Assembly (NCBI GenBank): GCA_016710075.1
Contig: JADJLO010000035.1
Span: 2,532-66,531, forward strand
DNA length: 64,000 nt
Reading direction: 5' to 3'
DNA from: Acidobacteriota bacterium
GTDB taxonomy: Bacteria; Acidobacteriota; Blastocatellia; RBC074
The translations under genes were made by a program, and so were the position numbers. Shown piece by piece: positions 23,991-34,184 of this stretch (positions are counted from its first letter, which is position 1; the number at the start of each line of letters is the position of its first letter). A model generated the notes under the pieces. It did no database searches. It was not told where the DNA came from and saw only the letters and a program-made list of their open reading frames with translations.

Positions 23991-24927
23991 CGTCTCCTCC
24001 GGTCTGCCCCAGTTCACGGGCGAAAGGATTGCTGTTCTGCCAGCCGGTGCGTCCAGTGCGGCGGAAGTGCTCCAGCCTGCGGATGGTGATCTCGCAATAA
24101 ACCGGATCGAGATCCATGGTCAGGCAGGTCCGGCCCGACATCTCCGCAGCAATCAGCGTCGTACCCGAATGCGAAAAGAAATCCAGAACGAGGTCGCCTC
24201 TTCGCGAACTCGCCTCGATTATCCGGCTGATAGCCTTGAGTGGCTTCTGCGCATAACACCCGTTGACGTTCTCTTCCATTCTGTAAAAAACCTGCTGGAT
24301 ATCGATCCAGATATTTCCCGCTCTGAGGGTGTCGGCTGTGCCGCGCTCCGTGTTTTCAGTGATCCGGCCGGCCACCTTCTTGTAATATCCCTTGACGGTT
24401 TTGGGAATATCCGTGTACTGAGGCGTAAAAACGGGGTTGCCGCGAATGTAATAGAGCAGTTCCTGGCGGACGCTCATCCAGTTCTTTCTCGTGCCGTAAC
24501 CGCGCTGATTTCGCAGGGAGATGAAACTGCGTGATCTGAATCCGGTTTCGCGCATCATGAGCATCAGTTCCGGCAGTGGCGCAAATCCTTCTCTTTGATC
24601 GGCGCCGATCCAGAGATAGAGGCTGCTCTCGGGTGTCATGGCCTTCCCGGTGTTATCCACCACCTGGCGGCACCAGAGAGTGAACTCCGCCGTGCTCAAC
24701 CTGTCGAAGGCGATGAAATTGTAAGGAAGGTCGTGGATTGCGAGCACGGCGAGATCTTCCCCGCAGAGCGTTTTGACATGCGGGAAGGAGGCCGCGTCCA
24801 GACAGCCGACACGGTGACCGTTCTGTTTGTCCTGCCATATCTGACCGGGCTCAAGGCGGCAATAAGGCAGCAGCTTTCTTCTCAGTTCCTGATCGCGATC
24901 GAGCCTTACCAGCGGATGTTTGAGCAT
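23983..24927 (-). CDS. Beta-class N6-adenine/N4-cytosine DNA methyltransferase (orphan)
   Basis: Motif IV-like DLPYNF precedes motif I FFSHSGTTLIAAEMSGR (beta-class order); 314 aa; no restriction endonuclease gene nearby. Confidence 0.75.
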   Translation of the reverse strand: MLKHPLVRLDRDQELRRKLLPYCRLEPGQIWQDKQNGHRVGCLDAASFPHVKTLCGEDLAVLAIHDLPYNFIAFDRLSTAEFTLWCRQVVDNTGKAMTPESSLYLWIGADQREGFAPLPELMLMMRETGFRSRSFISLRNQRGYGTRKNWMSVRQELLYYIRGNPVFTPQYTDIPKTVKGYYKKVAGRITENTERGTADTLRAGNIWIDIQQVFYRMEENVNGCYAQKPLKAISRIIEASSRRGDLVLDFFSHSGTTLIAAEMSGRTCLTMDLDPVYCEITIRRLEHFRRTGRTGWQNSNPFARELGQTGGDDE

Positions 24928-25015
24928 ATCATTTGACTTTAAGCAGTGAAGGAAGCTTAATAAACATTTGCTTTTTACTCAATAATAAGTTGCTGCATCT
25001 ACTGAAGGAAGATTT

Positions 25016-25401
<386 letters not shown>

Positions 25402-25405
<4 letters not shown>

Positions 25406-26178
25406 ACGTCACGGTCGCGCTGGGCATCGACGGGCTTAAGGACGAGCACGAGAAGATCCGCGGCAAACAGGGGAGCTGGGATAAAGCCATCGGAACCGCA
25501 CGCATGCTTCAGGATATTCAGAAGGAAATTCCTCGACTCGATGTCCAGACCTGCACCTGCTTTATGAACTCGAACCAGGATCGCATCTTTGAGTGGTACG
25601 ACTTCCTCCGCTACGAACTCAAACCTGACAAGATCAACGTCAACTACATCCGCCCGCCTTCAAAGGATGCGAAGGAACTCGATATCGACCTCAATCGCTA
25701 TCGCAAGCTTTCAAAGCTGATCGATGACGATTCGCGCAACGGAGTGATCAAAAACCATTACAAGGGCGAAAGCGGTCATTTCAAGGCGGCAGTCGACATC
25801 TATATGCACGAGCTGATCGCCCGCACCGAGGTTGAACAGAAAGCCCAACTACGCTGCTTCGCAGGAACCACGGGCGGCGTCATCTACGACGAGGGCACCG
25901 TTTCAAGCTGCGAGAACCTCGACCCGATCGGCAATCTGCGAAATTACAACTGGGACTTCCAGGCCTTGTGGAATTCACCTGAAATGGCTGTGCGCCTACA
26001 TCACGTCAAGAATGGATGCTTCTGCACCCACGAATCAAACTGCTATTATCCGTCGCTCGCTTTCAACCCGAAGCATCTGATCCAGATCAAGAAGCTCGAA
26101 AGACAGTTGAAGAAGAGTCATAAAAAATCAGGCGCAAGGAGTGCTCGAACCACTGGAAGTCTAAAGTTCAAAGTTTAA
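25402..26178 (+). CDS. Radical SAM enzyme, C-terminal part with SPASM/twitch Cys-rich domain
   Basis: ...RCFAGTTGGVIYDEGTVSSCENLDPIGNL...GCFCTHESNCYYP auxiliary-cluster cysteines. Confidence 0.7.
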
Positions 26179-26340
26179 AAGTTTAAAGTGCGTGTCGCAC
26201 TGGAATCCTTATCCGACAGATAAGGCACCTTTTCTCTTTGAACTTCGGACTTCAGACTTCAGACTTTGGACTTGGGACTTTAAACTTTAGACTGGACTTT
26301 AGACTTTGGACTTTGGACTTTAGACTTTAGACTTTTTAGC
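26156..26340. repeat. Heptamer tandem-repeat hairpin: (AAAGTTY)x4 ... two small palindromes ... (RGACTTT)x~14
   Basis: ggaagtctaaagttcaaagtttaaaagtttaaagtgcgtgtcgcact...ccttatccgacagataagg...gaacttcggacttcagacttcagactttggacttgggactttaaactttagactggactttagactttggactttggactttagactttagacttt; the arms are reverse complements; overlaps the stop of the radical-SAM gene. Confidence 0.7.
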
Positions 26341-26342
26341 TG

Positions 26343-27551
26343 ATGGATGGAAAAGAGAAAAATTCGGAAATGGTTTCAAATGATGATGGAGCCAGGAAGT
26401 TTCTGATCATCACTTCCGAGACTGGAGGCGGCCACACGAGCGCGGCGGCGGCGATCGCCGACGGGTTGAAGCGTTTTGCCGCTCCGGATCTGGTGGTTAA
26501 TATTGCCCGTGCGATCGAAGAATCCCACTTCCTGGCGCAAAAGCTCGCCGAGTTTTACAACTACATGCTGCGCAATCATCAGCACTTGATGAAGCATTAT
26601 TACTGGGCGATCGAGCGTTTCCGGCCGAACGAATCGAATCTCTTTTACCGGATGACGGCAAAATACGTGCGGCATTTATTCGAAAAATACTGTCCGCAGG
26701 TTGTGGTATCAGTTCATCCGATGAGCCAGCATTTTCTGGGTAGAATGCTGCGGGAGCTGGGATTGCTTGAGAAGATCCCGCTGGTTACGGTGGTCACCGA
26801 TCCGTGTTACGGGTTCTGGCGCGGATGGGCATGCGAAGAAGTGAGTCTTTATCTGGTGGCGACCGATGAAGCCCGGCGGCAATTGATCGATTACGACGTC
26901 CCGGAAGAAAAGATCAGGATCTGCGGCATGCCGATTCACCCGAAGTTTCAGCATCTGAAGGACGAGGACAAGGCGGCGGCACGAATGGAACTGGGGCTGG
27001 ATCCTGAAAAATTCACGGTCTTCATCAATGCAGGATGGGTTGGAGGAGGGAATATTCCTCAGATTTACCAGCAGATGGTCGATCGTGGCGAGGAGATCAG
27101 GGATACTCAGGCGATCTTTCTGGCAGGCCGGAATGACGGGCTGCGAGAAGAGATCAAATCGATTGCGGGCAGGGCATCTTTCCCGACGAAGGTCATTGGA
27201 TATACCAGCGCGATGGAAAAGCTGATGAATGCCGCGGACATTATGGTCTCGAAACTCGGGGGGCTGACGACCTTTGAAGCGCTCGCTTCGCGGCTGCCGA
27301 TCATTGCGGATGCAACGACGACTCCAATGCCGCAGGAACTGCAGACGGCGAAGCTGATCTCGCACCACAACGCCGGCGTCATGCTCAAACGCGCGCACGA
27401 TATCATTCCGATTATTCGAAGACTTCATCATGATCCGGCTGAGCATTCCGCCATGAGAACCGCGGCTTCACGAATTGCCATCCCGGATTCAACCAAACGC
27501 ATCGTTAATGAACTGATGCGCAAGATTGTTTTAAAAACTCATAAACAATAA
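26343..27551 (+). CDS. GT28 lipid glycosyltransferase (MGDG synthase / UgtP-YpfP-like)
   Basis: N-terminal KFLIITSETGGGHTSAAAAIADGL, C-terminal GT-B fold; 402 aa. Confidence 0.75.
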   Translation: MDGKEKNSEMVSNDDGARKFLIITSETGGGHTSAAAAIADGLKRFAAPDLVVNIARAIEESHFLAQKLAEFYNYMLRNHQHLMKHYYWAIERFRPNESNLFYRMTAKYVRHLFEKYCPQVVVSVHPMSQHFLGRMLRELGLLEKIPLVTVVTDPCYGFWRGWACEEVSLYLVATDEARRQLIDYDVPEEKIRICGMPIHPKFQHLKDEDKAAARMELGLDPEKFTVFINAGWVGGGNIPQIYQQMVDRGEEIRDTQAIFLAGRNDGLREEIKSIAGRASFPTKVIGYTSAMEKLMNAADIMVSKLGGLTTFEALASRLPIIADATTTPMPQELQTAKLISHHNAGVMLKRAHDIIPIIRRLHHDPAEHSAMRTAASRIAIPDSTKRIVNELMRKIVLKTHKQ

Positions 27552-27585
27552 TAGACAGACAGACAACTGGCGACAAAGTGGAACT

Positions 27586-28332
27586 ATGGGACTTTGAGAC
27601 GGAAAGATTGCGCTCATCACAGGCGGCTCCCGTGGAATCGGACGGGCACTTTGCGAGGTATTTGCGCGCGAGGGCGCCGATATTATTTTCAACTACAACT
27701 CGAGCGACGATCTGGCTCGTGAGGTCGTTGAAAAGATCCAATCGATGGGGCGCAAAGCTGTGTCCTACAAGGTTTCGGTCACGGATCGCCCGGCGATCAA
27801 CAAGATGGTCCGCGAGATCCATCACCAGTTCGGCCGGATCGACATTCTGGTCAACAACGCGGCAATCAACCGCGGCGACAACTTCGCGACGATGACCGAG
27901 CACTCATGGCACACGGTGATCGATACGAATGTCAACAGCCTCTTCAACGTCACCAAGCCGGTCTTCAAGCACATGCTGCGTCAGCGATCGGGACATATTC
28001 TCAATATCAGCAGCATCGGCGCGATTCGAGCCTTGCCGACCGCCGTGCATTACGCGACATCCAAGGCCGCCGTCATCGGCTTCACCAAATGCCTTTCCCG
28101 CGAGGCCGCTCCATTCGGCGTCATCGTCAACGCCATCGCTGCCGGCATTTTCGACACGGATCTTTCTGAGGCCCTGCCCGAGAGAATGCTGGAAATGCAT
28201 AAATTCTGGTGCTCCCGCAACAGGCAGGGACAACCTGAGGAACTGGCGGAATTCGCCGCCTTCATGGTCTCCGATAGAAACTCCTATATGATCGGTGAAG
28301 TCGTTACTGTCGACGGCGGCAGCGTGACTTAA
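27586..28332 (+). CDS. Short-chain dehydrogenase/reductase (FabG-like); in-frame TGA at 27595-27597 right after the ATG
   Basis: MGL(TGA)DGKIALITGGSRGIGRALCEVFAREGADIIF...NISSIGAIRALPTAVHYATSKAAV (YxxxK) ...VVTVDGGSVT. Confidence 0.75.
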
Positions 28333-28485
28333 TACTTAGATTACGAAATAGACAAAACAAACGAAAAATCTCAGGCGGTCAACATCGTGTTTGATCTGCC
28401 TGGCCTATCGACTTACAGAGTAATTAAAACCTGCGAATCCTGCTGATTTCTCCCTTTTTCGCTTGTTTTGTTTATTTTGTAATCT
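28328..28485. repeat. MITE-like inverted-repeat element, copy B (same family as 4075-4227)
   Basis: Arms agattacgaaatagacaaaacaaacgaaaaa (28328-28358) and tttttcgcttgttttgtttattttgtaatct (28455-28485). Confidence 0.6.
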
Positions 28486-28550
28486 TCATATTCCCATTCC
28501 GGACTGAAAAAACATAAGAAAAGAACAACACCTTCAATATTGAGTCTCTT

Positions 28551-29726
28551 TTGTTACTGGCCTGCACTTCTTCGATGATGTTCGCGCAGACGAATGACAA
28601 GGTGGCGGCAAAAGCGAAGAAGATACATTTCTCATCGCTGGTGATGGATACTCACATAGACGTCACGCCGAAGCTTCAGGGCGAGTGGAAATTCGGCGAG
28701 CGTCACACGACGGGTCATATCGATCAGCCGCGAATGAAGGAAGGCGGATTGAACGGGCTCTTCTTTTCGATTTTCATGCCCGGGACGGTGACGGGACCGA
28801 AGGCGGTCAACGATGCGATTTTGCGCATTGCAGCCGTTCACAAGCTGGCCGAAGACATGCCCGATCAGATCATGCTCTGTCGCACGGCCGCGGATGTTCG
28901 CGAAGCGCATAAAAAGGGAAAGATTGCCGGGCTGCTGGGGATGGAGGGCGGCCACATGATAAATAACAGCCTGCCTGTGCTGAGAATGTATGCGGAGCTG
29001 GGCGTGCGATATCTGACGCTGACTCACTCGGTCAACACCGACTGGGCCGATTCTTCAGGCGATCAGCCGAAAAGCAACGGGTTATCGAATTTCGGCAAGG
29101 ATGTCGTCAGGGAACTTAACAAGCTTGGAATCATGGTCGACATCTCGCATGTTTCCGACAAGACATTCTGGGATGCGCTCGAAGTGAGCAAGGCGCCGAT
29201 GATCGCATCGCACTCTTCGTGCCGCTCAATCAGCGGTCACCCGCGCAATATGACCGACGAGATGATCAAAGCCCTGGCGGCTAAAGGCGGGGTGATCCAG
29301 ATCAACTATCTCGACAGCTTCATCGACCCGGAACTCTATGAATGGACCCAGAAGACCCAGGCGGCCCGCCGCGACTTGATGCAGCAGTTTCAGAATGAGC
29401 CGAGAGAAACGGCCATGCCCAAAATCCGCGAGGAGCTGGTCAGACAGTTTGGCCCCGCGCCAAAAGTCAGTTGGGAGCGCATCGTCGAGCACATAGACCA
29501 CGCCGTCAAACTCGTCGGCGTTGATCACGTAGGTCTCGGTTCTGATTTCGACGGCGGCTCGATGCCCGTCGGTATGGAAGACTGCACGAAACTGCCTCAA
29601 ATTACTGAAGCTCTGCTCAAAAAAGGTTATAAAGAGAAGGACATCCGAAAGATACTCGGACTGAACACCGTCCGCCTTCTTGCTGATGTCGAGCGGATTG
29701 CCGGGCAGATGCACAGCGGCAAATAG
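28551..29726 (+). CDS. Membrane dipeptidase, peptidase family M19
   Basis: LVMDTHIDV...GMEGGH...DISHVSDKTFWDALEVSKAPMIASHSSCR...LGSDFDGG; TTG start, signal peptide. Confidence 0.85.
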   Translation: MLLACTSSMMFAQTNDKVAAKAKKIHFSSLVMDTHIDVTPKLQGEWKFGERHTTGHIDQPRMKEGGLNGLFFSIFMPGTVTGPKAVNDAILRIAAVHKLAEDMPDQIMLCRTAADVREAHKKGKIAGLLGMEGGHMINNSLPVLRMYAELGVRYLTLTHSVNTDWADSSGDQPKSNGLSNFGKDVVRELNKLGIMVDISHVSDKTFWDALEVSKAPMIASHSSCRSISGHPRNMTDEMIKALAAKGGVIQINYLDSFIDPELYEWTQKTQAARRDLMQQFQNEPRETAMPKIREELVRQFGPAPKVSWERIVEHIDHAVKLVGVDHVGLGSDFDGGSMPVGMEDCTKLPQITEALLKKGYKEKDIRKILGLNTVRLLADVERIAGQMHSGK

Positions 29727-29795
29727 TCACAACTTCTTTCATCAACCGAAGTTCTCCAATACCTGTTTCGACTCACCGTTCCGGGAGGAATTTCC

Positions 29796-31498
29796 ATGAA
29801 AATTCGAATGGGGCAGCGGCTTCTGTTTGCTGCAGTAGTGATTCTTTTCCTGTCGCTGTCGGCGGTTCCCGCCGGGCACCGCGCCGGCGGATACGAAATT
29901 CGAGATCTCCTATTCAGCGTCGCTCGACAACGGGCCGATCACCGGCCGTGTGTTCGTCATGATCTCGAAGACAGACCGGGTCGAGCCGCGCCTGCAGGCA
30001 GGCTCTTACAACGCATCGGTTCCGTTTTACGGCATGGATGTCAATGCGTTGAAGCCCGGTGATAATGCGGTCATCGATGCATCGGTTATCGGCTATCCGG
30101 TCGAGAGCCCGAGCCAGCTTCCGGCGGGCGAATATTATGTCCAGGCCTTGCTCAATGTCACGCAGGTGCACCGCAGCGACGGCCACGATCTGGGTTCACA
30201 TGGATCAATGGGAAGGCCAGCAGTGGAATCGATCGCCGGGCAACCTTGTCAGCGAAGTACAGCGAATCACACTGGATCCGTCCAAAGGTTTCAACGTCAA
30301 GCTCAGCCTGACGAAGAAACTGCCGCCGGTTGAAATCCCCCCCGATACGCAATGGGTCAAGCGGGTGAAGATTCAAAGCAGAATGCTTTCGGAGTTCTGG
30401 GGACACCCAATTTACCTGGGAGCGACTCTGCTGTTGCCGAAGAATTACGATCAGAATGCCGGCCGGAAGTATCCGGCGATATACATTCAGGGTCATTTCG
30501 GACTCGGAGCCCCTTTCGGTTTCACGACAATGCCTGCGGCTAATCCCGAAAGCGAGGCGCAGCGCAAGGCCCGGCTGAGCCGTAGCGCGCGCGAAACCGG
30601 ATACGAGTTCTCCCAGGCCTGGATGTCCGACGACTTCCCGCGCATGGTGGCCGTGACCTTTCAACACCCCACGCCATACTACGACGATTCATACGCAGTG
30701 AACTCGGCAAATAACGGCCCGTATGGTGACGCCCTCACCAAAGAATTGATTCCCTACCTGGAAGAAAAATTCAGGCTCATCGCAAAGCCCGATGCGCGGG
30801 TGCTGACCGGCGGTTCGACCGGTGGATGGGAATCGCTGGCGCTGCAAATCCTCCACCCAAAGTTCTTCAACGGCACATGGTCACTGTGTCCCGATCCCGT
30901 CGATTTCCGGCGCTATCAAATGTCGAATGTCTATGAGGACGATAACGCCTTCGAAGTGCCGAACGGGGATTGGGGCAAGCTCATTCGCCCTCTCTCCCGA
31001 AACGCCGATGGACAGGTCACTCTGACGATGAGGGAAATGAATCGACTGGAAGCCGTGCTCGGAAGCAACGTGCGCTCCGGCCAGCAGATCGCCGCATGGG
31101 ATGCCGCGTATGGCCCTGTCGGCAAGGATGGCTATCCCCGCCCGATCTGGGATCGGCTGACAGGCAAAATCGACCGGGAAGTCGCATTCTACATGCGCGA
31201 CAATGGCTTCGACCTGAGATACAACGTGGAGAAAAACTGGTCAGAAATCGGCCGGGATCTGGCGGGGAAAATACACGTCTACACCGGCGATATGGACAAC
31301 TACTACCTCAATCTGGCGGTCTATCAGCTTGAAGACTTCCTCAAAACTGCAGAAAATCCGAAATCCGAAGCCGTCTTTGAATATGGCCGCCCGATGAAGC
31401 CGCACGGATGGCAGCCATTCACCAATGCCGAGATGGTCCGAATGATGGCTGCTCGAATGAACAAAACAGCGCCGGGCACAGTGGTGACTATTAAATGA
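29796..31498 (+). CDS. Secreted alpha/beta-hydrolase esterase (enterochelin-esterase/esterase-D-like), two frameshifts (~29950-30060)
   Basis: Signal peptide MKIRMGQRLLFAAVVILFLSLSAVPA; ...KYPAIYIQGHFG...LTGGSTGGWESLALQILHPKFF (GxSxG) ...; three overlapping ORFs 29796-30062, 29950-30333, 30059-31498. Confidence 0.65.
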
Positions 31499-31807
31499 CT
31501 TTTAACTGCATAGCCATTTGAGGCATCTCCGTTGTGGAAAGTATAAAGTTTCTGGCAAATGGCTGGCGCTCATTGGAAAACGAGCGGGGCGCAGGCGTCC
31601 CGCCTGCGTGTTCGGCAATTATTCCATTGAAATTCTCGGCGCTGTTGTTCGCAGGCGGGGCCGCGGTCGCCGGGCCAGGCCGATCCTGGATCCGGTTAAG
31701 TTTACTTCCAGATCTTAAAGCGGAGCAGGCCAAAGTCAGGTCAGGGGCTGAGCAGTTACATGACTTTTAAATAATGATGGCAGGTGGTTGCGACGCCTGA
31801 AGGAATT

Positions 31808-32722
31808 CTATCCTCCCGCCAGATAGACATATCTGAGGATGAACAGCACAGCGAGAACATAGACCAGCGGGCGGACTTCTCTCGATCGCCCGGTCATGAT
31901 CTTGAGGATCGGATAGAAGATGAAGCCGATCGCGAGACCGTTGGCTATTGAGAAGGTCAGCGGCATGGCGATGATGGTCAAAAACGCCGGAATCGCTTCA
32001 GTGATGTCGTTCCATTTTATATCGGCGACGGCGCTGATCATCAGAGCGCCGACGATGATCAAAGCCGGCGCTGTAGCGATTGGTGGAATCGCACCCGCAA
32101 TCGGTGAAAAGAAGACCGCCATCAGGAAAAGCAGGCCAACCACAACCGCAGTCAGGCCCGTTCGCCCGCCCTCGCTGACTCCGGTCGAGCTTTCGATATA
32201 GGTGACCACAGTCGATGTCCCCAGCAGAGAACCGGCAATAGTCGCAATCGCATCGGCAAACAATGCACGATTGACGCGAGGCATCCTGCCCTCCGCATCG
32301 AGATAGCCCGCCTGACGCCCCAGCCCCATCAAAGATCCGATCGTGTCGAAAAGATCGACGAAAAGAAAGACGAAGATGACGTCGAATACTCCCAGCCTGA
32401 GCGCGCCTTTGATGTCGAGCTGCAGAAAAGTCGAGCGCACATCCGGCATCTGAAACAGGCCTGTTGGAGGGCTTGAAACCTTGAGCAGAATCGAAAACAG
32501 CGTCACCAGAATTATCCCTGTAATGATTGCGCTTCGATACCCGCGCGCCAGCAGCGCAGCCGTGACAAGGAGCCCTCCGAGCGAGAGCAGCACCGGCTTC
32601 GTCATTATATGACCGAGAGTTACAAACGTTGCCGGCGAAGAGACGATCACCCCGGCATTCTTCAATCCAATGAATGCAATGAACAACCCGATGCCGACGG
32701 CAACGGCCGTCTTCATCGTCAA
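31808..32722 (-). CDS. NCS2-family nucleobase permease (AzgA/guanine-hypoxanthine permease-like), C-terminal part
   Basis: MTMKTAVAVGIGLFIAFIGL... multi-TM, characteristic of NCS2. Confidence 0.75.
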   Translation of the reverse strand: MTMKTAVAVGIGLFIAFIGLKNAGVIVSSPATFVTLGHIMTKPVLLSLGGLLVTAALLARGYRSAIITGIILVTLFSILLKVSSPPTGLFQMPDVRSTFLQLDIKGALRLGVFDVIFVFLFVDLFDTIGSLMGLGRQAGYLDAEGRMPRVNRALFADAIATIAGSLLGTSTVVTYIESSTGVSEGGRTGLTAVVVGLLFLMAVFFSPIAGAIPPIATAPALIIVGALMISAVADIKWNDITEAIPAFLTIIAMPLTFSIANGLAIGFIFYPILKIMTGRSREVRPLVYVLAVLFILRYVYLAGG

Positions 32723-33143
32723 TCGGTATCGCGTCGACTATCATCGCGCGGATGCGCGCCAGAGTCAGTATCAGGAAGACCACGCCTGAAATGAAGACAG
32801 CTCCGAGCGCCACGTGCCAGTCATAGCCCATCCCCTTCACGACGCTGTATGTGAAATAGGCATTGAGCCCCATTCCGGGCGCAAGAGCAAAAGGATAGTT
32901 TGCGATCAACCCCATCATCAGCGAACCGATAGCCGATGCGATGCACGTGGCAAAGAGCGCCCCTGAAAACGGGACTCCCGCTTCGCTCAATATCGCCGGA
33001 TTGACGAAGATGATGTAGGCCATCGTCAGGAATGTAGTCACCCCTGCGGCAACCTCTGTGCGGATTGTCGTCTTGTTCTCGGTAAGCTTGAATAGCCGTT
33101 CGAGTGAATTGGTCAGATATGCCTGTGTCACGCCGACTCCCAA
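32723..33143 (-). CDS. NCS2-family nucleobase permease, N-terminal part (frameshift ~32725)
   Basis: MGVGVTQAYLTNSLERLFKLTENKTTIRTEVAAGVTTFLTMAYIIFVNPAILSEAGVPFSGALFATCIASAIGSLMMGLIANYPFALAPGMGLNAYFTY... Confidence 0.7.
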
Positions 33144-33156
33144 TTGCTGCGAGGTG

Positions 33157-33624
33157 CTATTTCATCCACTCATAGACCAGGTAGTGCTCTCCATCCATTC
33201 CCAGCCGCGTGTATACTTTCTGCGCGGTGGTGTTTCGTCTGTCGACGTAGAGCCTGATGCCGCGGACACTCTCGTCGTGCCGGGCAAGATCCTGTATGTA
33301 TGCATAGAGCCCGGCATAGATTCCCCGGCCGCGCATTTCAGGTATCACATAAACGCTTTGGATCCACCAGACGACGCCGTGGCGCCAGTCGCTCCATTCA
33401 TAGGTGATCATCGTCGAGCTGATGACACGCCCGTCCTTCTCGCAGACGAAATACCGGCCGTGGGATGGATCATCAAAGACCTCATTGACTCCCTTCGTAC
33501 ATATCGCGCGATCAAGCACGACATCTTCCGTCTCAAGCGCCATGGCTATTTGAAATTCGATGATGGCAGCGGCATCAGTTCGCACCGCCGAACGATATTT
33601 GATTTCAGACATTCCCTCAGACAT
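33157..33624 (-). CDS. GNAT-family N-acetyltransferase
   Basis: 155 aa; ...WIQSVYVIPEMRGRGIYAGLYAYIQ... acetyl-CoA binding motif. Confidence 0.85.
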   Translation of the reverse strand: MSEGMSEIKYRSAVRTDAAAIIEFQIAMALETEDVVLDRAICTKGVNEVFDDPSHGRYFVCEKDGRVISSTMITYEWSDWRHGVVWWIQSVYVIPEMRGRGIYAGLYAYIQDLARHDESVRGIRLYVDRRNTTAQKVYTRLGMDGEHYLVYEWMK

Positions 33625-33688
33625 AGATTATATACGCTCCAAAATAATTACTGATACTGTTGACGAATCAATGAAGATTTCGAATTAT

Positions 33689-34060
33689 ACGAAAAATTTA
33701 ATAACTGATGTTACGCAAATAAGTATTTCTGAATCGGTTTGACACGTTCTTTTGAAGTAATTCAAACAGCCGGCGAAGCCGGCAGCAAGATGTAGCCCAG
33801 GGGTGGAGCGAGGCGAAGCCGAGCGGAACCCCGGGCAGTGCTGAAAATAGAACTCAAGCCCACGAAGTGGGCGGCAGATTTAGGGCCAAAGATTTAGTGG
33901 CTATTTTTCTGTCGCGCGTTTCACGGGCTCAGAATGATGTTGATTACGATACCCAGGGTTCGCTCGGCCTTCGGCCCCCTCCCGGGCTACATGCTGCCAC
34001 CCGCTTCGCGGGTTGTGGACTAGTCAAATCAAGATAGAGAATGTTCCGTGCGTAACATCA
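33689..34060. mobile_element. Putative non-autonomous MITE-like element with ~20-bp terminal inverted repeats (TTAATAACTGATGTTACGCA) and an internal ~45-bp imperfect inverted repeat
   Basis: Left TIR 33689-33712, right TIR (reverse complement) 34036-34060; internal IR atgtagcccaggggtggagcgaggcgaagccgagcggaaccc (33790-33845) vs 33925-33985; no ORF; a solo copy of the TIR core at 52449-52465. Confidence 0.45.
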
Positions 34061-34133
34061 GTTAATAATGGCAAGCCGCATTTTTTCGAGGATATACAAA
34101 GATCTGAAGGTTCTCGTCCATTGATCGCATGAT

Positions 34134-34175
34134 TGTTTTCGTTTGTTTCGTTTATTTCGTCTGTTTCGTAATCTT
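34134..34175. repeat. Partial (single-arm) copy of the AGATTACGAAACAGACGAAA MITE-like family
   Basis: gttttcgtttgtttcgtttatttcgtctgtttcgtaatcttc matches right arms of copies A/B. Confidence 0.5.
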
Positions 34176-34184
34176 CTTTTTTTC

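Noticed and set aside
26180-26340. Possible CRISPR array (short direct repeats)
   Set aside because: Units are only 6-7 bp, contiguous without spacers, and form two complementary arms. This is a microsatellite-like hairpin, not a CRISPR.
33780-33990. Possible tRNA or tRNA-Sec near the selenoprotein (GGGTTCGCTCGGCC resembles a T-arm)
   Set aside because: No acceptor-stem complementarity, no proper T-loop (GGTTCGAATCC-type) and no anticodon arm could be built. It fits a simple long inverted repeat better.
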